Part shown: in pieces, positions 38,579 to 50,207 of the stretch
How positions within the stretch are numbered: position 1 is the stretch's first letter
Layout: every line of letters begins with the position of its first letter
From: an uncultured Gammaproteobacteria bacterium
Lineage (GTDB): Bacteria; Pseudomonadota; Gammaproteobacteria; Magnimaribacterales; D2472
NCBI GenBank assembly: GCA_964455855.1
Contig: CAYVYQ010000001.1
Span: 1-50,207, forward strand
Direction of reading: 5' to 3'
Length of the DNA stretch: 50,207 nt
Program-made: the position numbers and the translations under genes
Notes under the pieces: generated by a model
The model's input: the letters and a program-made list of their open reading frames with translations, nothing else
What the model was told of the DNA's origin: nothing
Database searches by the model: none

Positions 38579-39316
38579 ATGATTGACGTAAATATTTATA
38601 GATACAACCCAGAAACCGATAAGTTTCCTTATACCCAAACCTACACTCTACAAAAACCTGAGAAGGATATTATGCTTCTTGAATTATTAAATATTCTTAA
38701 AGAGCAAGACTCCTCAATATCTTATAGAAGATCATGCAGAGAAGGAGTTTGTGGATCAGATGGAATGAATATCAATGGAAAGAATGGGCTTGCATGCATA
38801 ACTCCAATCTCTCAAGCAATTAAAAATAATAAAATTGAACTCAGACCATTGCCAGGGTTGCCAGTAATTCGTGACTTGGTTGTTGATATGACAGAGTTCT
38901 ATGCGCAATACGACAAGATCAAACCTTTTCTCCAGAATGAAACTGAGCCCCCAGTTCAAGAAAGATTACAGTCTCCAGCCGAGAGGGATAAGCTTGATGG
39001 TCTATATGAGTGCATTTTATGCGCGTGCTGTTCAACGAGCTGCCCATCTTTTTGGTGGAATCCAGATAAGTTTGTTGGGCCAGCTGCTTTGTTGCAGGCC
39101 TATAGATTTATTGCTGATTCAAGGGATACCAAAACTGCAGAAAGGCTAGAGGGATTATCTGATCCATTTAGTGTTTACAGATGTCATGGAATTATGAATT
39201 GTGTGAATGTTTGTCCGAAAGATTTAAACCCTAATCATGCAATTGGTGAGATCAAGTCAATGTTGTTGTCTGAGAAGAAAAAGGAAAACATTATTGTATC
39301 TGATGGAGTGAGTTGA
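38579..39316 (+). CDS. sdhB: succinate dehydrogenase iron-sulfur subunit
   Basis: Three cluster motifs: CREGVCGSDG, CILCACCSTSCP and CHGIMNCVNVCP. Confidence 0.97.
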   Translation: MIDVNIYRYNPETDKFPYTQTYTLQKPEKDIMLLELLNILKEQDSSISYRRSCREGVCGSDGMNINGKNGLACITPISQAIKNNKIELRPLPGLPVIRDLVVDMTEFYAQYDKIKPFLQNETEPPVQERLQSPAERDKLDGLYECILCACCSTSCPSFWWNPDKFVGPAALLQAYRFIADSRDTKTAERLEGLSDPFSVYRCHGIMNCVNVCPKDLNPNHAIGEIKSMLLSEKKKENIIVSDGVS

Positions 39317-39325
39317 TCTATAAAA

Positions 39326-42139
39326 ATGAATAACATGGAGACATTCTGGTCGACCTCTCATGCAGCAGGCGCCCAGAGTTCATACTTAGAATCTTTGTAT
39401 GAATCATATTTAGACAATCCCTCATCAATCCCTGATGATTGGAAAATATATTTTGACTCGTTGCCTAAGATTAACGGGGTTGAAAAAGAGATATCTCATC
39501 AAGAAATTATTAATAAGTTTAAAGAGGAAGAGGTCAATCCTTCAATCCAATCAATCTCCACTTATACCAATGCTCACTCAAAGCAAGTTAAAGTCATTCA
39601 GCTAATACAGGCCTATCGTAATAGAGGCCATCAAAAGGCTCAATTAGATCCATTAGGCTTAAAACCAGTTCGTCACTGTGATGATCTTGATCTTAATTTC
39701 CATGATTTAGATGAGTCAAATCTTTCAGATATCTTTGAAACAGATACCTTGATGATAGGCAAGGAATCAGCAACTTTATCAGAAATTATTGAGGCTCTTG
39801 AAGCAATATATTGCGGTACTTTAGGAATCGAGTATAACTATATTTCATCGCTTGCTGAGAGGACTTGGTTTCAAAAAAGACTAGAGCCAAATTTAGGTAA
39901 ATTAAATTTTAATCAAGATGAAAAAAAATATATTTTAAAACGCTTGAGTTCTGCTGAAGGTCTTGCAAAATTCTTGTCGTCTAGATATCCAGGTATGAAA
40001 AGGTTTGGCATTGATGGGGCTGAATCTCTTATTCCCTTGGTTGATAGTTTGATCCAAAACTGTGGAATATTTGGAGCAGAACAAATTTGTTTTGGTATGG
40101 CGCATAGAGGAAGGTTGAATTTACTGGTGAATGTATTAGGAAAATCTCCAAAAGAGCTTTTTACAGAGTTTGAAGAAAATTTTGAGTTAGAGGGAGCAAG
40201 CTCAGGCGATGTAAAATATCACCTTGGTTTTTCATCGAATATATTAACTCCCAATGGAGAGGTGCATGTCTCTCTAGCAAACAATCCTTCGCATCTTGAG
40301 ATTGTTGATCCTGTAGTTCTAGGATCAGTTCGAGGTAGGCAAGATAGACTGCAGGATGTGAATAAAGAGCGAGTTGTACCAATCTTAATCCATGGTGACG
40401 CTTCGTTTTCTGGTCAAGGGGTTGTCATGGAGACCCTTCAAATGTCTCAAACAAGAGGCTATGGAGTAGGAGGCACAATACATGTAATAGTAAATAACCA
40501 GATAGGATTTACCACTTCTAATGAAGAGGACTCCAGATCGACTCAGTATGCTACTGATGTAGCAAAAATGATTGAAGCTCCTATTTTGCATGTGAATGGA
40601 GATGATCCAGAAATGGTTGTTTTTGCAGCTAAATTGGCTTGTGAATATAGGCATAACTTCAAAAAAGATATTATCCTAGATCTCTTTTGTTACAGAAGGA
40701 GAGGTCATAATGAGGCAGATGAGCCATCATCCACTCAACCAATGATGTATCAAAAGATTGCTAATCATCCATCAGTTAAAACCTCATACCAAGAACAACT
40801 TATTTTGTCAGGAGTAACGAGCCAAACTGAGTGTGATGAAATAGAAAAAAAATACAGATCAACAATAGAAAATGGGGACTCTGTCGCCCACAATTTAGCA
40901 ACAAAACCCAATGAATCTATGTGGTTTGATTGGACACCCTATATTAATCAAAGGGGAGATGCTGAAATTGAATCTGCATTTAACAAAGATAGATTTAAAG
41001 AGCTTGCTCAAATAGCTTTTACACCTCCAAAGGGTTTTGTGCTGCAAAGACAAGTAGAAAAGATTTTTACCGATAGACTTCAAATGGCAGATGAAAAAGT
41101 TCCAGTAAATTGGGGGTTTGCTGAAAACATGGCATATGCAACTTTATTGGATCAAGGCTATCCTATTAGGTTTTCGGGTCAAGATATAAGAAGAGGAACA
41201 TTTTCTCATCGTCATGCAGTGGTGTTAAATCAAAAAGATGGCGATGGCGCAATGCCATTGCTCAAAATAGCAAATAATGCCAATACAACGATTGATATAT
41301 ATGATTCTTTGCTATCTGAAGAGGCGGTTCTTGGTTTTGAATATGGTTATTCAGCTACCAGACCCTCTGGGCTTGTGATCTGGGAGGCCCAGTTTGGAGA
41401 TTTTGTAAATGGAGCTCAGGTAGTGATAGATCAATTTATTGTTTCTGCTGAGCATAAATGGGAGAGGTTATCAGGTTTAGTTATGCTCCTTCCTCACGGT
41501 TATGAAGGTCAGGGGCCGGAGCACAGCAGCGCAAGACTGGAGAGGTTTTTACAATTGTGTGCAAATGAAAATATCCAGGTATGCGTTCCAAGCACACCTG
41601 CTCAGATTTATCATTTGCTAAGATTGCAAACAATTCGAAAAATGAGAAGGCCATTGATTGTTATTTCTCCAAAAAGTTTACTAAGAAATCCTCAGGCTGT
41701 TTCCTCCATTAATAATCTTACTGAGGGATCTTTTGAGTATGTAATTGATGATTTCCACACAAACCCTGCACTGGTAGAGAAAATCATCATGTGTTCCGGA
41801 AAGGTTTATTACGACTTGGAATCTAAAAGAAAAGAGCTTGGAATTACAAATATAGCTTTATTAAGAATCGAGCAATTGTATCCATTTCCGTATGACACTC
41901 TTGAGAAACTTATTAGGCCTTATGCGAATGTAAAACAATTTATTTGGTGTCAGGAGGAACCCAGCAATCAGGGAGCCTGGTTCAGCCATCGTCACAGATT
42001 GCAAATCGTTTTAGATAGGATTAATTCCGCTGAAATACAATTAGTTAGTAGGAAGGCATCAGCAGCACCAGCAGTCGGCCTAAATAAATTACACAACCAA
42101 CAACAAGAAGCTTTAGTAATTGAAGCTTTAACATCCTAG
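39326..42139 (+). CDS. sucA: 2-oxoglutarate dehydrogenase E1 component
   Basis: 937 aa with typical E1o segments ([54 protein letters not shown]). Confidence 0.97.
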   Translation: MNNMETFWSTSHAAGAQSSYLESLYESYLDNPSSIPDDWKIYFDSLPKINGVEKEISHQEIINKFKEEEVNPSIQSISTYTNAHSKQVKVIQLIQAYRNRGHQKAQLDPLGLKPVRHCDDLDLNFHDLDESNLSDIFETDTLMIGKESATLSEIIEALEAIYCGTLGIEYNYISSLAERTWFQKRLEPNLGKLNFNQDEKKYILKRLSSAEGLAKFLSSRYPGMKRFGIDGAESLIPLVDSLIQNCGIFGAEQICFGMAHRGRLNLLVNVLGKSPKELFTEFEENFELEGASSGDVKYHLGFSSNILTPNGEVHVSLANNPSHLEIVDPVVLGSVRGRQDRLQDVNKERVVPILIHGDASFSGQGVVMETLQMSQTRGYGVGGTIHVIVNNQIGFTTSNEEDSRSTQYATDVAKMIEAPILHVNGDDPEMVVFAAKLACEYRHNFKKDIILDLFCYRRRGHNEADEPSSTQPMMYQKIANHPSVKTSYQEQLILSGVTSQTECDEIEKKYRSTIENGDSVAHNLATKPNESMWFDWTPYINQRGDAEIESAFNKDRFKELAQIAFTPPKGFVLQRQVEKIFTDRLQMADEKVPVNWGFAENMAYATLLDQGYPIRFSGQDIRRGTFSHRHAVVLNQKDGDGAMPLLKIANNANTTIDIYDSLLSEEAVLGFEYGYSATRPSGLVIWEAQFGDFVNGAQVVIDQFIVSAEHKWERLSGLVMLLPHGYEGQGPEHSSARLERFLQLCANENIQVCVPSTPAQIYHLLRLQTIRKMRRPLIVISPKSLLRNPQAVSSINNLTEGSFEYVIDDFHTNPALVEKIIMCSGKVYYDLESKRKELGITNIALLRIEQLYPFPYDTLEKLIRPYANVKQFIWCQEEPSNQGAWFSHRHRLQIVLDRINSAEIQLVSRKASAAPAVGLNKLHNQQQEALVIEALTS

Positions 42140-42149
42140 AGAAATAATT

Positions 42150-43382
42150 ATGTCAATTGAAATCAAATCTCCAACATTCCCAGAATCTGTTGCAGACGGA
42201 ACTATTGCAAACTGGGTTAAGAAAGAAGGCGAGCTTGTTAAACAAGATGAAGTTATTGCTGAAATTGAAACTGATAAAGTTGTCCTAGAGGTCGTTGCCC
42301 CTTTTGATGGGGTTATTTCTAAAGTTTTAAAGCCAGCTGGTGAGATTGTTTTAAGTGCGGAGTTAATAGCAGAGTTTGAAGAGAGGGATCAAGTTAAAAC
42401 AATAACTGAAAAAGATACTCCTGCAGATAGCGAGTTAAATAAAGTGGATAGTATTCAACCTAGCAAGGTTAAGACTAAAGCAAATGGACCGGCAGTAAAA
42501 AAATTATTAAAAGAACATGATTTAGATGAGAAGAGCATTGATGGATCTGGAAAAGATGGAAGGATTACCAAAGCAGATGTTGTAAATCATCTTGATGAAT
42601 CAATAGAGGGTAAGACAGAAACAAAGACTATGAAGGAGATTCATTCTCCTGCTTCTGTTTCAGCGGTTGCATCTTCAGCCGATAGATTAGAGGAGAGGGT
42701 TCCGATGTCCAGGTTGCGCTCAACGATAGCCAATAGATTATTGAGTGTAAAACAAGAAACAGCAATGCTGACAACTTTTAATGAAGTTGATCTAAAGCCA
42801 ATTAAAGATCTTAGAGCCAAATATGGCGAAGATTTCTTTGCTGAACATGGCGTCAAGCTTGGCTTTATGGGTTTCTTTGTTCTGGCAGCAGTTCAAGCTC
42901 TGAAGAAGTTTCCTGTTGTTAATGCGTCTATTGACGGAAGTGATATTGTTTATCATGGCTATCAGGATGTCGGTGTAGCTGTCTCTACAGAAAGAGGTCT
43001 TGTAGTTCCGGTGATAAGAGATGCAGATAGCCTACGCATACCAGATGTTGAAAAATCAATCTTAGATTATTCTGACAAAGCTAAGAATGGAAAGCTTTCA
43101 ATAGCTGAAATGCAAGGAGGCACTTTTACTATCTCAAATGGGGGTGTTTTTGGATCCTTGCTATCTACTCCAATTTTAAATGCTCCTCAGACTGCTATTT
43201 TGGGCATGCATACTATTCAGGATAGGCCTGTGGCCATAGATGGAGAAGTGGTTATTCGACCTATGATGTATCTAGCGTTAAGTTATGATCACAGACTGCT
43301 AGATGGGAAGGAGGCTGTGGCATTTCTGATTGCTATAAAAGATCAATTAGAATCTCCTGAAAAACTTCTTTTAAATTTATGA
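42150..43382 (+). CDS. sucB: dihydrolipoyllysine-residue succinyltransferase (E2o)
   Basis: Single lipoyl domain with [11 protein letters not shown], an E3-binding segment ([13 protein letters not shown]) and the catalytic DHRLLDG. Confidence 0.96.
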   Translation: MSIEIKSPTFPESVADGTIANWVKKEGELVKQDEVIAEIETDKVVLEVVAPFDGVISKVLKPAGEIVLSAELIAEFEERDQVKTITEKDTPADSELNKVDSIQPSKVKTKANGPAVKKLLKEHDLDEKSIDGSGKDGRITKADVVNHLDESIEGKTETKTMKEIHSPASVSAVASSADRLEERVPMSRLRSTIANRLLSVKQETAMLTTFNEVDLKPIKDLRAKYGEDFFAEHGVKLGFMGFFVLAAVQALKKFPVVNASIDGSDIVYHGYQDVGVAVSTERGLVVPVIRDADSLRIPDVEKSILDYSDKAKNGKLSIAEMQGGTFTISNGGVFGSLLSTPILNAPQTAILGMHTIQDRPVAIDGEVVIRPMMYLALSYDHRLLDGKEAVAFLIAIKDQLESPEKLLLNL

Positions 43383-45966
<2,584 letters not shown>

Positions 45967-45970
<4 letters not shown>

Positions 45971-46836
45971 GTATATTAGTAGATAAGAATACACGTCTTT
46001 TAGTCCAAGGTTTCACAGGCTCGCAAGCGACCTTGCATTCAGAGCAGTCAATAGAATATGGAACAAATATTGTTGGAGGAGTTACTCCAGGCAAAGGAGG
46101 GCAAGAGCATTTAGGCGCTCCTGTGTTTAATTCAGTTCATGAGGCTATGGAAGCAGTTCAGCCGAATGCTTCAATTATTTTTGTTCCAGCGCAATTTTGC
46201 AAAGACTCAATTTTAGAAGCTGCTGATGCTGGAATTAAATTAATAATTTGTATTACTGAAGGCGTGCCAACTCTGGATATGCTTATTGTAAAAAAGAGAA
46301 TTGATGAACTGGGAATCACCTTAATTGGTCCTAACTGTCCAGGAATAATAACTCCAGGTGAAGCAAAATTGGGAATAATGCCGGGCAGTATTCACAAGAA
46401 AGGCTCAGTTGGAATTATCTCTAGATCTGGTACCTTGACCTATGAAGCAGTGAAACAAACAACTGATCTAGGTCTTGGTCAAAGCACATGCGTTGGTATT
46501 GGAGGAGATCCAATACCAGGAACCTCCTTTATTGACGTTTTAAAAATGATGCAAGAGGACGAGCAGACTAAAGCAATTGTCATGGTAGGTGAAATTGGAG
46601 GAACCGCTGAAGAAGAAGCAGCTGATTATATTAAAGAAAATGTTTCTAAACCTGTCATTTCTTATATAGCAGGTCAAACAGCGCCAGCAGGAAAGAGGAT
46701 GGGGCATGCAGGCGCAATAATTGCAGGTGGCAAGGGTACCGCTGCAGATAAAATAAAAAAACTAGAAGAATGCGGAGTTCACATAGCTGAAAATTTACTC
46801 CAAATTGGAGCAAAGGCTAAGGAAGTATTGAGCTAG
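45967..46836 (+). CDS. sucD: succinyl-CoA ligase alpha subunit
   Basis: [17 protein letters not shown] and the phosphohistidine context [15 protein letters not shown]. Confidence 0.97.
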
Positions 46837-48220
46837 ATTTAGTTATAAATTTATTAGCAATATAATTAAGTCTTGGAATAATTAAACCTGCAAATGCTGT
46901 GAGCCCAGTAATCATTCCTATCCAAATACCAGCAGGGCCTAAAGCATCACCAAATAAACCATAGTAAGTTAAGTAATATCCAGCAGGTAAGGCAATAAAC
47001 CAATAGGTTAAAATTAACATTAGCATTGGAGCAAAAGTATCTTTATAGCCTCTTAAGCTTCCCAAAGCACCCATTTGCATTCCATCAGGAATCTGAAAGA
47101 TTGCGGCAAAAAGCAGTAGATTTATTGCTATTGCTATAACAGCTAAATCTTCTGAATAAAGCGAAACAAGAGCCTCTCTAAAAGAGAGAATTATTGCTGT
47201 ATTTACAATTGCGCCAACCAAGCAAATCAATATGGCGATGTGAGAGGCATATTTAGCTTTCCGTAGTTCTTTTTCACCAACCAGATTACCTATTCTTGTC
47301 GCAGCAGCTAACCCAAAAGATAATGGCAATATAAACAAAACACTCGCTATATTTATTGCTACTGTATGTGCACTAATTACAGTTGCCCCAAGCGATCCTA
47401 ATATCAATGCTGCACCTGAAAACATACTTAATTCTACAAATACACCAAATCCAATAGGTACGCCTAATTTAAGCGCTTCTTTTGTGGTGTCAGTATTAGG
47501 TCCAGAAAATTTTGAAAATAATTTTGTTGGTTCATATTCTTTTTTCTTAAGAATCACCAGTATCAAAACAAACAAACCAATAATTATATTTATTGAAGTT
47601 GCAATTCCACAGCCAACTCCACCCATGGGAGGTATTCCAAAATATCCATAGACAAAAATGATATCAAGAGGAATATTTAATATCATGCCAATAAATGCAA
47701 CCCAAAAAACTGGAAGAGTCAGGCCCATACCTTCACTGTAGCAACGAAGACATGTAAATAGCATGTTGGCCACAAAACCAAATGACATGGCTTTTAAATA
47801 TCCATCCGAAATTTGAGCAATATTTTCTTCAATATCAAAGTAAGGAATAAAAAAGCTTAGATTTCTATATAGAATAAAACCTATTAAACCCAGCGCTATA
47901 CTAACCCACAGTATTTCTCGAACCTTTTGTCCAATTTCTTCATATTTTTTTGCTCCGAATAGCTGGGCAACTATGGGAGTTACCGCAAACAAACAACCGC
48001 CAAGAAGAAAATAAAAAGGCATGGATAGAGCATTACCTATTGCTAATCCGGATAAATCAAGCGCACTTGCTCGACCAGCAACAATAGTATCTGTAACTCC
48101 CATCCCCATATATGAAATTTGAGATCCATAGATTGGTATGCCTATTTTTAGCAGTTGCTTTAGCTCTTTTAGTAATTTTTTCAAAAAAATAAACCCAGAA
48201 ATTTCTCGGTACTTTATCAT
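46817..48220 (-). CDS. MATE family multidrug/Na+ efflux transporter (NorM-like)
   Basis: 467-aa 12-TM protein with MATE-like repeats ([22 protein letters not shown], and a second half with [10 protein letters not shown]). Its 3' end overlaps sucD by 20 nt. Confidence 0.8.
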   Translation of the reverse strand: MIKYREISGFIFLKKLLKELKQLLKIGIPIYGSQISYMGMGVTDTIVAGRASALDLSGLAIGNALSMPFYFLLGGCLFAVTPIVAQLFGAKKYEEIGQKVREILWVSIALGLIGFILYRNLSFFIPYFDIEENIAQISDGYLKAMSFGFVANMLFTCLRCYSEGMGLTLPVFWVAFIGMILNIPLDIIFVYGYFGIPPMGGVGCGIATSINIIIGLFVLILVILKKKEYEPTKLFSKFSGPNTDTTKEALKLGVPIGFGVFVELSMFSGAALILGSLGATVISAHTVAINIASVLFILPLSFGLAAATRIGNLVGEKELRKAKYASHIAILICLVGAIVNTAIILSFREALVSLYSEDLAVIAIAINLLLFAAIFQIPDGMQMGALGSLRGYKDTFAPMLMLILTYWFIALPAGYYLTYYGLFGDALGPAGIWIGMITGLTAFAGLIIPRLNYIANKFITKSSSILP

Positions 48221-48273
48221 ATAAGAATCATCCTAAAATGGAGAAATAAAATTAGAAAAGATAGTCGGCCATA

Positions 48274-48970
48274 TTGGCTAAAAAAAATTATTTCTAAGCT
48301 AACTGCGCGTTACGTAAATCACTTTGTTAGACCGCAATTTAAACATCTTGGAAAGGGAACGGTATTTTTTAAACCTCAATTTATTAAGTTATTTGGGTCA
48401 AATATTTCTGTTGGCGATTTTCCTACATTTATTTCTGCTCCTGATGATTACATTCAAATAACAAGCTGGGATGCTGGGGAATGGAATGGTGAAGTTGATA
48501 TTGGGAGCTATGTATTAATTTCTCCCGGAGTTCGAATTATGGCTGCTGACAAAATCTCAATCGGAGATTCATGCATGTTTGGTCACGGTGCATGCATTAC
48601 TGATGCTGATTGGCATGGAATTTATGATAGAACAAAAGTTGTTGGCGATCCAAAGCCTGTTGTTCTTGAAGAAAATGTTTGGGTTGGTGAAGATGCAATG
48701 ATATGCAAAGGTGTCAGGATTGGAGCAAATAGCATTATTGGAGCTCGATCAGTTGTTACAAAAGATATTCCAAATAATACAATTTATGCAGGCAATCCTG
48801 CGACATTTATTCGAAATCTAGATGAGGGTGAATTCATTACTAGAAAAGATTTTTTTAAAGATCCCATAAAATTAGCTCATGACTTTGATTTGCTTGATCA
48901 ATACTCACTTGGAAATAATACTCTGTGGGGATGGATTAAAAGTATTGTCTGGAGAGATAAGACCCATTGA
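48274..48970 (+). CDS. left-handed beta-helix (hexapeptide-repeat) acyl/acetyltransferase; N-terminus split by a +1 frame change in an A8 tract
   Basis: Hexapeptide repeats (ISIGDSCMFGHGACI, VWVGEDAMICKGVRIGANSIIGARSVV). The same frame stays open and LbH-like back to 48176 but has no ATG/GTG/TTG before 48539. A TTG at 48274 reads MAKKN.. and stops at 48297; removing one A from the A8 run (48280-48287) fuses it in frame. Confidence 0.6.
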
Positions 48971-50091
48971 TTAAGATCTTCTCAGATTCACAAATTCCAA
49001 ATATTAAGCAAAAATTGTCTGAGTTTTTTGCTGATGAGTATTCGCTGGAAAATTTTGTATATGATGAGCTCACTTCAAATGATCTGAAAGACGTTGACGC
49101 TCTCTTAGTTCGATCAACTATACAGGTAGACAAAAAGTTATGTGACCATTCGTCAATCAAGTTTGTTGGCTCAGCAACTGCAGGAATAGATCACCTAGAT
49201 ATTGAATATTTAGATGCTCAAAATATTTCATGGTCACACGCTCCAGGCTGTAATGCATTTAGCGTTATCCATTATGTTATGGCTGCTATAGGAGAGCTAA
49301 TTCAAGAGGGCCTTTTCAGTGTTCGACAAAGCATTGGAATCATTGGATATGGCAATATAGGTAAAAGGCTGTATAAATTACTATCGGCTCTTAATATTGA
49401 GGTTTACGCTTACGACCCTTTATTAGAAGACAGCCACTTGGTTACTATGGAAAAAGTATTGGCATGTGACCTTTTAACAATTCATGTTCCATTTTCTACA
49501 GAAGGTATTTATCCAACAAGACGCCTGCTGAATCAATCACACAGCAGCTTTTTAAAAGATAAAATCTTGATCAATACATCCAGAGGAGGGGTTGTTTGCG
49601 AGAAATTAATCACAGAATCTAATAACTTAATTTATGTTGCTGATGTATGGGTAGATGAGCCAATTCCATCCAAAACTACTATCCAAAATGCATTTATCTC
49701 AACGCCTCACATAGCTGGCTACAGCATTGAAGGCAAAATGAACGGTACGGGTGTAATTGCTTTAGAATGCGCGAAAACATTTAATTGTCTTAAAGATAGC
49801 GGTTCGACCAATAATCAATTAATGAATTGGCCTCATGGGTTAGAAAATATTGTTCGTGATATGCATGCTCATGGATTTCCCTTGGCTATGTTCAAAAGTG
49901 AGTTAGATTTATGTGCTATCTCTAATGAATTTAAGGATATTTCAACTCACAATCTTGCTGATGGGTTTAAAGCCCTAAGAGCCAACCATCCCCCAAGGCA
50001 TGATTTCAATGCTTATTCTTATCAAGATATAGTGGACCTAGACGAATCTATTAATTTAGATTTTTTTAATTCTCTTAGATCTCTGAAGTAG
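48967..50091 (+). CDS. pdxB: erythronate-4-phosphate dehydrogenase
   Basis: Parallels E. coli PdxB by eye: DALLVRS, FVGSATAGIDHLD, APGCNA and the NAD fold GIIGYGNIGKR. A C-terminal dimerisation extension is present. TTG start overlaps the upstream stop. Confidence 0.85.
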   Translation: MIKIFSDSQIPNIKQKLSEFFADEYSLENFVYDELTSNDLKDVDALLVRSTIQVDKKLCDHSSIKFVGSATAGIDHLDIEYLDAQNISWSHAPGCNAFSVIHYVMAAIGELIQEGLFSVRQSIGIIGYGNIGKRLYKLLSALNIEVYAYDPLLEDSHLVTMEKVLACDLLTIHVPFSTEGIYPTRRLLNQSHSSFLKDKILINTSRGGVVCEKLITESNNLIYVADVWVDEPIPSKTTIQNAFISTPHIAGYSIEGKMNGTGVIALECAKTFNCLKDSGSTNNQLMNWPHGLENIVRDMHAHGFPLAMFKSELDLCAISNEFKDISTHNLADGFKALRANHPPRHDFNAYSYQDIVDLDESINLDFFNSLRSLK

Positions 50092-50106
50092 AGATAAAAA
50101 ATTACT

Positions 50107-50199
50107 TTAGATAAACGGTACCAAAGGAATATTGCAGCTGGAGATTAATACTAAGATAGAAAGCATGCTACTAAATTTTAAGACATTTAATTTTTTCAT
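50107..50199 (-). CDS. candidate 30-aa micro-lipoprotein
   Basis: It is below the ORF-track size cut-off. The minus strand reads MKKLNVLKFSSMLSILVLISSCNIPLVPFI*. This has a basic n-region, a hydrophobic core and lipobox LISSC, leaving a 9-residue mature peptide. Only 8 nt of upstream sequence lie in the window, so the start and RBS cannot be judged. Confidence 0.3.
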   Translation of the reverse strand: MKKLNVLKFSSMLSILVLISSCNIPLVPFI

Positions 50200-50207
50200 C
50201 ACAGAAC

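Overview
This is a 50.2-kb, AT-rich and extremely gene-dense chromosomal core region. By my tally only about 0.8 kb is not covered by a call, and many genes share stop/start nucleotides. It appears to come from a streamlined gammaproteobacterium. Gene order follows the Pseudomonas/E. coli pattern; a marine planktonic lineage such as SAR86 is only a guess.

Several conserved synteny blocks lie back to back:
- kdsA-eno-ftsB-ispDF-surE-pcm-DUF368-nlpD, then fdxA(-), recA and a thiolase
- proS(-), then zinc-ribbon-aspS-yebC-[Hjc-like nuclease]-ybgC-tolQRAB-pal-cpoB-tRNA-Lys
- a transporter, bepA(-), perM, bcp(-), then dapA-bamC-purC
- iscRSUA-fdx-iscX-ndk-rlmN-rodZ-ispG-hisS-yfgM-bamB-der
- sdhCDAB-sucAB-lpdA-sucCD
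- a MATE pump(-), then an LbH acetyltransferase and pdxB

I found no mobile element, CRISPR array, defence or toxin system, or obvious island. The interest lies in what genome reduction has replaced or removed at conserved junctions:
- A small PD-(D/E)XK, Hjc-like nuclease ORF sits exactly in the ruvC/ruvAB slot. This is the best candidate for something undescribed.
- ProRS has its INS editing domain cleanly excised.
- The isc operon has no hscBA.
- A near-consensus IscR operator and sigma70 promoter are packed into the purC 3' end, which implies a leaderless iscR mRNA.
- ispD and ispF are fused.
- The nlpD-rpoS-mutS-recA-recX neighbourhood has collapsed.
- An A8 homopolymer frameshift splits the N-terminus of an acetyltransferase.

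All family calls rest on motifs read by eye and on remembered synteny. No database search was possible.
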